A stretch of DNA of 64,000 nucleotides from Gammaproteobacteria bacterium. Its GTDB lineage: Bacteria > Pseudomonadota > Gammaproteobacteria > GCA-002705445 > GCA-002716945. Each line of letters starts with the position of its first letter. Within the stretch, counting starts at the first letter, position 1. The notes beneath the pieces are model-generated. The model worked only from the letters and a program-made list of their open reading frames with translations, was not told the origin of the DNA and searched no databases. A program made the position numbers and the translations under genes. The stretch lies in the NCBI GenBank assembly GCA_038142325.1, contig JAYQJW010000002.1, positions 384,001-448,000 of the forward strand. Direction: 5' to 3'. Positions 1 through 9,487 of this stretch are shown one piece after another.

Positions 1-2514
1 TGACATAAATTAGCGTTGGGGTCTGGTTCTATTTCATGAAGCATACTTGCTCTTCTCGTCATCGACCCTGTATGCCAATGCTCAAGTTGTCTGCCAGTGA
101 TTAGAACAAATGGGTAATTATCATCAGGTAATTCTGCCGCATTAATAAGAGGAGATTTAACAAACCTAGCTTTGCCATTTTCTGTTGGAAAATCATCTAT
201 GAATATAACAGGTTGACCAGGATCATTCTTGTCATCACAAGGGTAGGTGATTGAATGATTTTGTTCGAGTCTATCCCAAGTTATACCTTGTATACTTGGC
301 ATACATTTGGTCATTTCATCAAAAACTTCTTTTGGATGCGTATAGTTCCAATATAAGCCTAGACCCCTTGCAATTTCTTGAATGATCCAAAGGTCTTGTT
401 TAGCCTTTCCTGGAGGCAGCACAGCTTGATTTCCTAGCTGTACTCTTCTATCAGTATTTGTGAATGTACCTGTTTTCTCTGGAAATGCAGAAGCAGGTAG
501 AACTATGTCTGCATACATAGCAGTTTCAGTCAGGAAAATATCTTGAACGACTAAATGTTCAAGTTTTGATAGAGCTTTTCTTGCATGATTTAAATCAGGA
601 TCTGACATTGCAGGATTCTCACCCATTACATACAAACCTTTTATTACGCCTTTAGTAATTTCATCCATAATTTCTACAACTGTTAAACCTGGCTTATCAT
701 CTAGTTTTGTATCCCAGAATTTTTCAAAAAACTTATTTACTTTTTTATCATCAACTCTTTGGTAATCAGGATATACCATAGGTATAAGTCCTGAATCAGA
801 AGCACCTTGAACATTATTTTGTCCTCTTAATGGATGTAAACCAGTCCCAGGTCTTCCTACTTGACCAGTCATTAAAGCAAGAGATATTAATGCTCTTGCA
901 TTATCTGTGCCGTGAACATGTTGTGAGACCCCCATTCCCCAGAAAATAATAGACGCAGAAGAGGATGCATAAATCTTTGCGACTTCATGAATAAGTTCTG
1001 CATCAATTCCACAAATTGATGACATTTTCTCTGGTGTAAAATCTTTCAAATGTTCTTTTAATTCTTCGAAATCAGTTGTTCTTTCATTAATGAATTTTTG
1101 ATCAATGAGTTTTTGATCAATAATTGATTTCATCATTGCATTTAGAAGAGCAACATCGGTATCTGGTTTAAATTGTAGATAGTGTGTAGCGTGCCTTGCG
1201 AGATCATTTTTTCTTGGATCAAGTACAATTAGATTTTTCCCAGCTTTGGCAGCATTCTTTATAAAAGTTGCTGCAACTGGATGATTTACAGTTGGATTAG
1301 CACCTATTACAATTATAGAGTCTGCCTCTGCAACATCAGCAACCTGATTTGATACCGCTCCAGACCCAATCATTTCAAGAAGTGCGACAACGGATGATGC
1401 ATGACAAAGCCTAGTGCAATGATCTACGTTATTATTTTTAAAGCCTGTTCTAACTAATTTTTGAAATGTATGCTTCCTCATTTGAGCCTTTTGCGCATCC
1501 AAAGCCTGCTGTTGATTTTACATCTTCTAAGATAAGTGATTTAAACTTCTCCGTTGTTTTTTTAATTGCATCATCCCAAGAAATAGGTTCAAAATATTTT
1601 TCTATATTATCCAAGTCAAAGTCTTCCGGCTTAATATCTTTTGAAACACCTTTTTTTCTGGCAAGAGGTACGGTAAGCCTTTGATCACTGTTTACATAGT
1701 TAAATCCATAACGACCTTTGACACATAATCTACTCATATTCGCAGGGCCATCTCTTCCTTCAGCATAGAGTATTTTGTCATCTTTAATATTGTAGGTTAG
1801 TAAACAGCCGACACCGCAGTACGGACAAACACTATCAACTTTTTTATCTGGAGTTACTTGTCCTACCTCTTTAGAGGGCATTAAAGCACCTGTTGGGCAT
1901 GCTTGAACACATTCGCCACAACCAACACATGTGCTTGTACCCATTGGATCATCGAGGTCAAAAATAATCTCTGATGAAATACCTCGTTTTGCATATCCTA
2001 TTACATCATTTACTTGTTCTTCCCTACATGCTCTTACACATCTTGTGCATTGAATACATGCATCAAGGTTAACTGAAATTGCTGGATGCGATAAATCATG
2101 TTTATTTTGAATTTTCGAAGGAAATCTACTTTCACTAACTTTAAGTTTGTTAGCCCAATGAGTGAGCTCTGAATTAGGATCATATTGTTCTTTTGAAATA
2201 TCAGATTCGAGTAATTCTATGACAACTTTTTGTGAGTGAACTACTCTCTCGTTTTCTGTGTTGATGACCATGCCATCATTTACTTTTCTTATGCAAGACG
2301 GCTGAAGAGTTCTCTCTCCTTCTATCTCTACAACACAAACACGACAATTACCATCGGGTCTCATTCCTTCTTTGAAACATAAATGAGGTATTTCAATTCC
2401 ATTTCTTTTGGATACATCAAGTATCGTCTCATCAGTGTGTGCAGAATAATCTACGCCATTAATTTTTATAGAACAATTAAAATCTAAGTTAATATCTTCA
2501 GGCTTTGCTGACAT
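1..2514 (-). CDS. fdh1A: NAD-linked formate dehydrogenase alpha subunit (Mo/W-bis-PGD, Fdh1A type); runs off the window edge; frameshift near 1455
   Basis: N-terminal 2Fe-2S (CRVC), CIQCTRC/CVGCGEC ferredoxin motifs and CPYCGVGC. After the frameshift it continues as NNVDHCTRLCHASS (Cys metal ligand, not Sec), PLRGQNNVQG and the C-terminal TGRQLEHWHTG. Confidence 0.93.
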
Positions 2515-4181
2515 CTTTTACCTCATTCGGGAAGTATTTTAGCACAGATTTAACTGGATTAGAGGCTGCTTGACCTAGACCACAGATGGATGCATCTGAC
2601 ATAGTTTGACTTAAATCTTGAAGAAGATCTGTATCCCACTGTTCGCTTTTCATTAACTCTGAAGCTTTTGATGTTCCCGCTCTACATGGCGTACATTTGC
2701 CACATGACTCATGTTTGAAAAAATCTATCGTAGTTTTCGCGGCATCTCTGGCTCTATCTTTATCTGATAATATTACTACTGCTGCAGAACCTATAAAGCA
2801 TCCATGTTCTTCAAGGGTTCCAAAATCAAGAGGGATATTATTCATGCTGGCAGGCAGTATACCTCCCGATGCACCTCCAGGAAAATAACCATAGAAACTA
2901 TGACCTTCTTTCATCCCTCCAGCATAATCATCAATCAGTTCCTGTACAGTAATGCCAGCTGGAGCAAGATGTACACCAGGCTGTTTCACTCTTCCGCTTA
3001 CGAAAAAGACCTAAAACCTTTTCTTCCATTTACTCCTTGATCAGCAAACCATGCAGCTCCTTTATCTAAAATATCTCTAATCCAAAAAAGCGTTTCCATA
3101 TTGTGTTCTAATGTAGGGCGTCCAAAAAGACCTACTTGAGCTACAAAAGGAGGACGAAGTCTTGGCATACCGCGCTTACCTTCAATTGATTCAATCATTG
3201 CTGACTCTTCTCCACATATATATGCACCAGCTCCTCGTCTCATTTCTATTTCTGGTATACCGTCAAATTTTTCTTTTATTTTATCTAATTCTTTTTCCAT
3301 GATTATTTTTACGGCAGGATATTCATCTCTTAGATAAATATATATTTTATCTATTCCTACAACTTTTGATGCTATTAACATTCCCTCAAAAAATCTATGA
3401 GGATCTGATTCTAAATAATATCTATCTTTAAATGTTCCAGGCTCACCTTCATCAATATTTACGGCAAGTAATCTAGGAGCTTGTTGATCGCGCAAGATTC
3501 TCCATTTTCTTCCTGCAGGAAAACCTGCTCCGCCAAGACCTTTTAGTTCAGATGACTCAAGAATGTTCACTGCATCATCTTTAGATATTTTTTGATCACA
3601 AATCGAGCGATAAATTTCATATCCACCATCTTCAATGTAAGATTCTAAATTTATATAGTTAGGTATCTCTGGAACATATGCTTTATCGTTAACAGCTTTT
3701 TTTATTTTTTCAAAAGTTGCATTGTCAACGGGATTCATTTTAACTACAGCAGCAGGAGCAGACTGACATCGTCCAATGCATGGAACTTTTTGAACTCTAA
3801 CAGTACCTTTGAAATAGTTATCTAAAGTCTGAGCCAGCTCGTTTGCACCATTCATTTCACATGATACAGAATCGCAAACCCTTACAGTTAGCGCTGGCGG
3901 TTTATCATCATCACTCTCAACGACATCAAAATGGTGATAAAAGGTTGCAACTTCATATACCTCAGTTAGAGATATTCCCATCAGACTTGCTAATGCTGTC
4001 ATGTAGTCTTTTGTTATTGCGCCATGCGTATCTTGGATTATATGAAGGTATTCTATTAAGATGGTCACGTCGATAAAAGTCTGTATTTAATAACTTTTCA
4101 AGAGCGTTCTAATACTTCAAAATCAACTTTTCGACCTCTTGGTCTCAAAGTTATTTTATCTTTGAGTTTATTTTTCATCAT
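2498..4181 (-). CDS. fdh1B: Formate dehydrogenase beta subunit (NuoE-NuoF-like fusion; FMN/NAD binding); frameshifts near 4060-4110 and 2995
   Basis: EVATFYHHF and VCDSVSC (NuoE-like). GLGGAGFPAG, DEGEPGTFKDR, GAGAYICGEESA, ESCGKCTPCR and SICGLG (NuoF-like). Start MMKNKLKDK after an AAGGA Shine-Dalgarno. Confidence 0.92.
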
Positions 4182-4277
4182 TGATTAATTAAGTCCTTGA
4201 TAACTATACACGATTATATGTTTATTATATATTGAATCAACCTGACAAAAATTATTACTTTCAAGGAGACTTACAAC

Positions 4278-4649
4278 ATGAGCGATGAAAAGGTTTACTC
4301 AGAAGAAGAAATTAAAAGTTATTTATCTGATAAATTACCACACTGGTTTTATGAGAATGGTTGGATTAGAAGAAAATATAAGACAAGCGGCTGGAAAGGG
4401 ACCTTAATGGTAATTAACACAGTAGGACATTTAGCTGAGGCAGCATGGCATCACCCAGACATTGCTGCGTCTTATGGTTTTGTAGTAGTGAAATTACAAA
4501 ATCATGCTGCAAAAGGAATTACTGATAAAGATTTTTTGCTAGCTGAAAAAATTGAATCGGTTATTCAATGGCAACCTGGAGCTGAAGATAATACTTTAGA
4601 GGGAACGCCAGACGATCCGAGATTCAAGTATATAAAGTACGACGACTAG
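4278..4649 (+). CDS. Pterin-4a-carbinolamine dehydratase family protein
   Basis: AEAAWHHPD and HAAKGITDKDF motifs of the PCD/PhhB family; AGGAG Shine-Dalgarno. Confidence 0.88.
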   Translation: MSDEKVYSEEEIKSYLSDKLPHWFYENGWIRRKYKTSGWKGTLMVINTVGHLAEAAWHHPDIAASYGFVVVKLQNHAAKGITDKDFLLAEKIESVIQWQPGAEDNTLEGTPDDPRFKYIKYDD

Positions 4650-4651
4650 AC

Positions 4652-5240
4652 CTAGAGATATCTTTTTACCAACATGGTAATTTCTTCGCTTGGAATACCA
4701 TTAGGTATGATTTTTTTAACTTGTAGTTTTTTGTCAAGGATATATATGTTTGAACTATGCTCCACGATAAAACCTTTTTTATTTGGCTCCACTAATTCAT
4801 ACTTTGTTTTGAAGAGCTTAGTAAGTTTATCAATATTGCCTTTGTCTGAAGCAAGAGCAGCTATTCTCTTGTCGAAGAAATCAACATAATTTCTCACTTT
4901 TGAAAAGTCGTCTCTGAGATAATCCACGCTTATAAAAACAGGTAATACGTTTTCAGAATCTTCCCCAAGACCTTCTAAGACTCGAGCCATATCCAAAACT
5001 GTGGTAGGGCAAACATCAGGACAATGCGTGTATCCGAAAAAAATCTAGAAGAACTTTATCTTTGTGTTCTTTAAAATTAACTAACTCACCATCTTGGTTG
5101 TAAAACACAACATGCTCAAAAACATTGGACATGTCAGGGAAGGCTTTTGAGATATCTGCTTTAGCATATAAAAAACCTGAACTCAAAATCACAGTTAATA
5201 GCGCCATCGCAAGATTGAGTTTGATTTTTTGGAATTTCAC
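4652..5240 (-). CDS. SCO1/SenC copper chaperone, exported; frameshift near 5035-5045
   Basis: Joining the two ORFs gives a signal peptide, FFGYTHCPDVCPTT (CxxxC), FISVD and the EHSSNIYILD conserved His. Confidence 0.9.
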
Positions 5241-5357
5241 AGGTTTATAATAGCAGATTTAATTTTGAATGAATAAGTCCATTTTTTATAAGGATTTAAC
5301 AGCATTTATATTAGAATAATCTTATATTCTTATCTTCACTAATAGGACAATATTACT

Positions 5358-5386
5358 TTGACAGTAGCGCCTGCAAAGACTAATAT
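5358..5386 (+). promoter_or_regulatory. Sigma70 promoter of the monooxygenase operon
   Basis: TTGACA (5358-5363), a 17-bp spacer and TAATAT (5381-5386), about 100 nt upstream of the ATG. Confidence 0.75.
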
Positions 5387-5483
5387 TTATTCATTGGGAA
5401 AATATTCCCTAGGGAACTCAGTAGAAAATGGCATGACGCCAAAGGATACTGAGAAAACAAATTCGATTAATCTGGAGGTAAAG

Positions 5484-6716
5484 ATGATCGGAAACATACT
5501 ATTAAACGTTCGTTACCTACTTGCACCAATTCTAATTATAGTAGCTGGTGCTGGTGTCTTACTAGGCGGCATTATGGCTTGGTTAGGCGTTGTACTTCTT
5601 TTTGTAGGTCTACTTGTAGACATCGCTACAAAATTTGAAACAACAGGTGTAGGGTACGATGAAAATGGTGAAACTCTTGGATGGCCAACATTCCAGAACT
5701 TAACCATGTATTTCATGTTACCTGTATTCGTACTTTTCCAACTAGTAATGGCATGGAGACTTTATACATTCATGGCACTAGGTGGAGCTGAAGGTGCGGT
5801 AATTATGGAACTTATTCCTGGCATTCTAGTAATGCATGAAGGAATAACAGGCATTAACCTAATCGGTGCTACATTATCATCTGGTATCTTTATTGGTATC
5901 GGTATTATTTATGGACATGAGCTTTCTCATACCAAAGGTTTTGGTTTTGTGATTTCACGTCTAATGATGGCGCTTTCAGGTTCTGCGCATTTCTGTTACG
6001 CACACGTATACAACCATCACCTAGAACTTGCTAGTGAAGATGATCCTGCAACTGCACCACGCGGTCGTACAATTTATGGTCATTATCCACTATCATATTT
6101 AGGTCAATCTAAATTCTTATATAACATGGAAAAAGAAAGACTTTCTAGAATGGGAGTACCTTTCATTTCATGGCAAAACCGTTGGATTCGTGGTTATCTA
6201 ATGGCTGTACCAACAGTAGCTCTGTTCTTTGCAGCAGGCGGCTGGATTGGTATGGCTGTACTAGCTACAATCTGGGGTATTTCAAACTTCGAATTAGAAG
6301 CTTTGAACTACCTAGAGCACTACGGTCTAATCCGTGTTAAAGATCAACCTATTGATTATCGCCATAACTGGGATAACTCAACATGTTTCACAGCATGGTT
6401 CTTCATCGAAATCGGTCGTCAAGCTGACCACCATGATCGTGGAGAAACACATTTCTGGGAACTTGAAAACGTAGGTTGCCCAAACACAGGTTGGGGATAC
6501 TTTGTAGTATTCTTCATCGCACTAGTACCACCAATTTGGCACTGGTATATGCGTAAAAGATTAGCTGCATGGGATGAGCATTTTGCAACAGACGAAGAGA
6601 GAGCTATTGCTGCAAGACTTAACAAAGAAGTTGGGTACGAAGGCACACCTTTCGCTGGCGATGTATTAGCAGATGCTGGTAACGTTGACCTTGGCTTAAG
6701 ATCAGCTAAGAAGTAA
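5484..6716 (+). CDS. XylM/AlkB-family integral-membrane non-heme di-iron monooxygenase (hydroxylase subunit)
   Basis: His boxes GHELSH, AHVYNHH, NYLEHYG and a variant QADHH, plus PATAPRG. XylM-like N-terminus (RYLLAP) and C-terminus (LAAWDEHFATDEER). True start is ATG 5484 after GGAGG (5474-5478). Confidence 0.92.
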   Translation: MIGNILLNVRYLLAPILIIVAGAGVLLGGIMAWLGVVLLFVGLLVDIATKFETTGVGYDENGETLGWPTFQNLTMYFMLPVFVLFQLVMAWRLYTFMALGGAEGAVIMELIPGILVMHEGITGINLIGATLSSGIFIGIGIIYGHELSHTKGFGFVISRLMMALSGSAHFCYAHVYNHHLELASEDDPATAPRGRTIYGHYPLSYLGQSKFLYNMEKERLSRMGVPFISWQNRWIRGYLMAVPTVALFFAAGGWIGMAVLATIWGISNFELEALNYLEHYGLIRVKDQPIDYRHNWDNSTCFTAWFFIEIGRQADHHDRGETHFWELENVGCPNTGWGYFVVFFIALVPPIWHWYMRKRLAAWDEHFATDEERAIAARLNKEVGYEGTPFAGDVLADAGNVDLGLRSAKK

Positions 6717-6739
6717 CTTACCCAAGCAGTAAGTAAATT

Positions 6740-6773
6740 TGAAGGTGCCTGGATTTCGATCTAGACACCTTCA
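6740..6773 (+). other. Intergenic stem-loop after the monooxygenase (mRNA-stabilising or partial terminator)
   Basis: TGAAGGTG...GAT-TTCG-ATC...CACCTTCA inverted repeat without a long U tract. Confidence 0.55.
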
Positions 6774-6842
6774 TCTTATAAAGGGAAAGGGGATTCTTGG
6801 TTATACTAACCACGAATTAAATAAAATACTCGGAGAAATAAT

Positions 6843-7022
6843 ATGAAAGTAACTTACAATGCAGAAGTATGCACACACGCTGGAGAATGCGTAAAAGGTG
6901 CACCAAATGTATTTAAAGTTGTAGATGGAAAATTTGTAATTGATACATCTGCAGATAGCGAAGAAAATATTAGAGCAACTGTTGGCAACTGTCCATCTGG
7001 CGCTTTAGTAATCGAAGAGTAA
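6843..7022 (+). CDS. Small divergent (4Fe-4S/3Fe-4S) ferredoxin, YjdI/Fer4_19-like, 59 aa (absent from the ORF track)
   Basis: Manual translation MKVTYNAEVCTHAGECVKGAPNVF...VGNCPSGALVIEE gives CxHxxxC...CPSGAL. GGAG Shine-Dalgarno at 6832-6835. Confidence 0.9.
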   Translation: MKVTYNAEVCTHAGECVKGAPNVFKVVDGKFVIDTSADSEENIRATVGNCPSGALVIEE

Positions 7023-7060
7023 AAAAAATTAAAATAACAATTCATAATTAGGGGGTAATT

Positions 7061-7711
7061 ATGGCAATTGGAGATCACTTAAGAGATGTTCAGGATCTAT
7101 ATGGAAGTCCTAAATGTCCACACACAAACGCAGTTTTAATAGCTGCAGGTGAAAAAGGGGTAGACCTTAACTGTCACGTAGAAGACGACTGGGGTCCTAG
7201 TTCATCAGTAAGAAGCATGAGCCCATTAGGTATCGGTCCGGTTCTTAAAGATCGTTCTGCTACAAACATAGGTCTTATGTGCTGTATGTCATACATTGAC
7301 GATAAAGGTTTTGGACCTTCATTAGTTCATAGAAATGGTGTGACAAGAGCTAGAATGTTCCAAGAAATTACAGTAGCTGCTCAGACAGATTGTTCTGACG
7401 ATGCTGCTCTTGCAGCTGCTTTAGACCAACTTGAAGCAACTCTAAATTCACCATTAGGCAACATGAAAGGCGACTATGTTGTTGGTCAATATACATTGGC
7501 TGACTGTGCATGGGCTGGTGTATGTCAAGTAGCAACAAATATGGGTAAAGGCTCAGCTGTGAGTTCACGTGCTAAAGTCAATTCATGGTTTGCTGCTGTG
7601 CAATCACATCCATCAACAAGTAAAGAAGCTATCAACCCATTTAGTTGCATGGCTACAAAAGCTGATCATGATGCAAACAGTATGCGTGAAGTAAGAATTA
7701 ATACTGCTTAA
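7061..7711 (+). CDS. Divergent glutathione S-transferase-fold protein
   Basis: LYGSPKCPHT N-terminal motif, EKG, SPLGIGPVL cis-Pro loop and YVVGQYTLAD N-capping box. Confidence 0.8.
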   Translation: MAIGDHLRDVQDLYGSPKCPHTNAVLIAAGEKGVDLNCHVEDDWGPSSSVRSMSPLGIGPVLKDRSATNIGLMCCMSYIDDKGFGPSLVHRNGVTRARMFQEITVAAQTDCSDDAALAAALDQLEATLNSPLGNMKGDYVVGQYTLADCAWAGVCQVATNMGKGSAVSSRAKVNSWFAAVQSHPSTSKEAINPFSCMATKADHDANSMREVRINTA

Positions 7712-7738
7712 TTACTTAAGTTTTTAATTCATAAAATT

Positions 7739-7776
7739 GAAACCCCAGTTTTATTAATTGGGGTTTCTTTTTTTTT
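7739..7776 (+). terminator. Rho-independent terminator after monooxygenase-ferredoxin-GST
   Basis: GAAACCCCAGTT/AATTGGGGTTTC stem followed by T9. Confidence 0.85.
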
Positions 7777-7839
7777 ATCAAAGTGATAATGTATTTCAGA
7801 TTATAATCAAGTACTTATACATTACTTTTTTAATTGTAA

Positions 7840-8941
7840 ATGAACATCTATAAATATTTATGGTTCTTTGGAACGAAACCAAAAGATAGTACAGCGCGTC
7901 TTTTACCATCTGGAAAAACTGTACATGTTTCTAAAAATTCTACACTGCTAAGTGCAGCCCTTGAGGAAGGACATGACTGGCCACACAATTGCAAATTTGG
8001 ATCCTGTGGTGAATGCAAATGCAGATTAGTAAAAGGTAAAATTAAACCTATGGTTGATTTCAGTGAGGCTCTTACAAAGCAAGAGTTAGCTGATGATTAT
8101 ATCTTAGCTTGTCAATCCAGATTAACTATGGACTGTGACGTTGAGGTTGAGTTGGGCGATCTTATCAGAGTGCCAGCTAGAACTTGTAATGCAAAAATCA
8201 AAAATACTGAAATGCTAACCTCAGATATCATGGCAGTGACTATTGAAACTGATAATGATATACCAGAAGGAAAAGATAGACCTGGCTTACCAGGTATGTG
8301 GGCAGAGCTGTCTATTCCTGGTATAGATAGGCCCCGTTCTTATTCGTTTGCATCAGCACCACAAAATGAGCAGTAAAAATCAATTCACTTTTTTCATTAG
8401 AAAAGTACCTGGTGGTAAATTTACAGAATGGCTATTCAGTGACAATCGTGATCCTGAGGAATGTGTCACTATAAATGGTCCATTCGGTTCTTTTTATTTA
8501 AGAGAAAAAGAAACACCAATTGTATGTATAGCAGGTGGTAGTGGATTAGCTCCAATAAAAGCGATTTTAGAGGGCGGTGTGAACGATCAAATAAAAAGAG
8601 ATGTGATATTTTTATTCGGAGCACGTACGCAAGCAGATTTATATTCTTTAAAAGAGATTGCAGAGATTCAAAATAAATGGAACAAGGAATCAAGTTTTAA
8701 ATTTATACCTGTTCTAAACATGGAACCAGAAGATAGCGACTGGAAAGGAGCTAGAGGAATGGTGACTGATTATTTTGAAAAAGAAGTTGTACAAAAAGAA
8801 AACTTAAATATCGATGGATGGCAAGCATACTTGTGCGGACCTCCTCCAATGGTCGATGCTGCAGGTGAATGTCTAACGAGAAATGGCATATCAGAAGATG
8901 AAATTTTTTATGATAAATTCACGGATGCGAGCAATTCTTAA
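7840..8941 (+). CDS. XylA-type NADH:acceptor reductase (2Fe-2S + FAD + NAD domains); frameshift near 8370
   Basis: CKFGSCGECKC and ILACQ (plant-type 2Fe-2S), RSYSFAS, GPFGSF, IAGGSGLAPI and YLCGPPPM...YDKF. Confidence 0.9.
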
Positions 8942-9071
8942 TACCTGTGAATTTCTAGCATTTTCTTATTAAATTCTTTACAAAACCACATATATAGATT
9001 ACTTTAACTCTACGATATGTCTTAAATATTTATAAGTATATCGTGAAAAGCTAATATAAAAGGAGGTAAGA

Positions 9072-9344
9072 ATGGGATTTCTATTCGGTAAAACAGCTCA
9101 AGGCACTTATGTCGTTGTAGCTTTCTGGATAGCGTGTTACTACTTCTTCAGCAGCATGTTCCCAACATGGCACTTTGCAGCAGGCTCAATGCCTGGTTTA
9201 GCTGGGTGGCCTATAGCACTGCTTATAGGTTTCTTGTTGATTGTAGCTAATATGATTAGTGTATATCTATTCATTAAAGTTGCAGGTAACAGACCTTGGG
9301 AATGGTTTGAAGATGGAGTCTACGGACCAGGAGACGAAGGGTAA
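9072..9344 (+). CDS. Small two-helix membrane protein of unknown function (90 aa)
   Basis: Strong AAGGAGGT Shine-Dalgarno, two hydrophobic segments, and codon usage like the neighbouring catalytic genes. Confidence 0.8.
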   Translation: MGFLFGKTAQGTYVVVAFWIACYYFFSSMFPTWHFAAGSMPGLAGWPIALLIGFLLIVANMISVYLFIKVAGNRPWEWFEDGVYGPGDEG

Positions 9345-9487
9345 AAGAATTGCAGCTTAGGCTGTAATACTTTAGGAAGTCTTAACTTAAACGGATTTAG
9401 ATGGGGGAAATTATTAATGATTTCAATACTGGACGTATGTCCCCAGCCATAAGACGTTATATATATATATAAATGAGGAAAAGTTAT

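Noticed and set aside
1381-1440. Selenocysteine in the FDH active site
   Set aside because: The ligand codon is TGT (RLCH). The break near 1455 is an indel, not an in-frame TGA.
5358-5483. N-terminal 42-aa extension of the monooxygenase in the ORF track (TTG start)
   Set aside because: The TTG is the -35 box of a consensus promoter. The ATG at 5484 has a GGAGG Shine-Dalgarno and matches the XylM-like N-terminus.
5484-6716. Annotation as an ordinary alkane 1-monooxygenase or fatty-acid desaturase
   Set aside because: There is no rubredoxin, alcohol/aldehyde dehydrogenase or acyl-CoA gene nearby. The HYG box and XylA-type reductase argue against a desaturase, and the His boxes differ from canonical AlkB.
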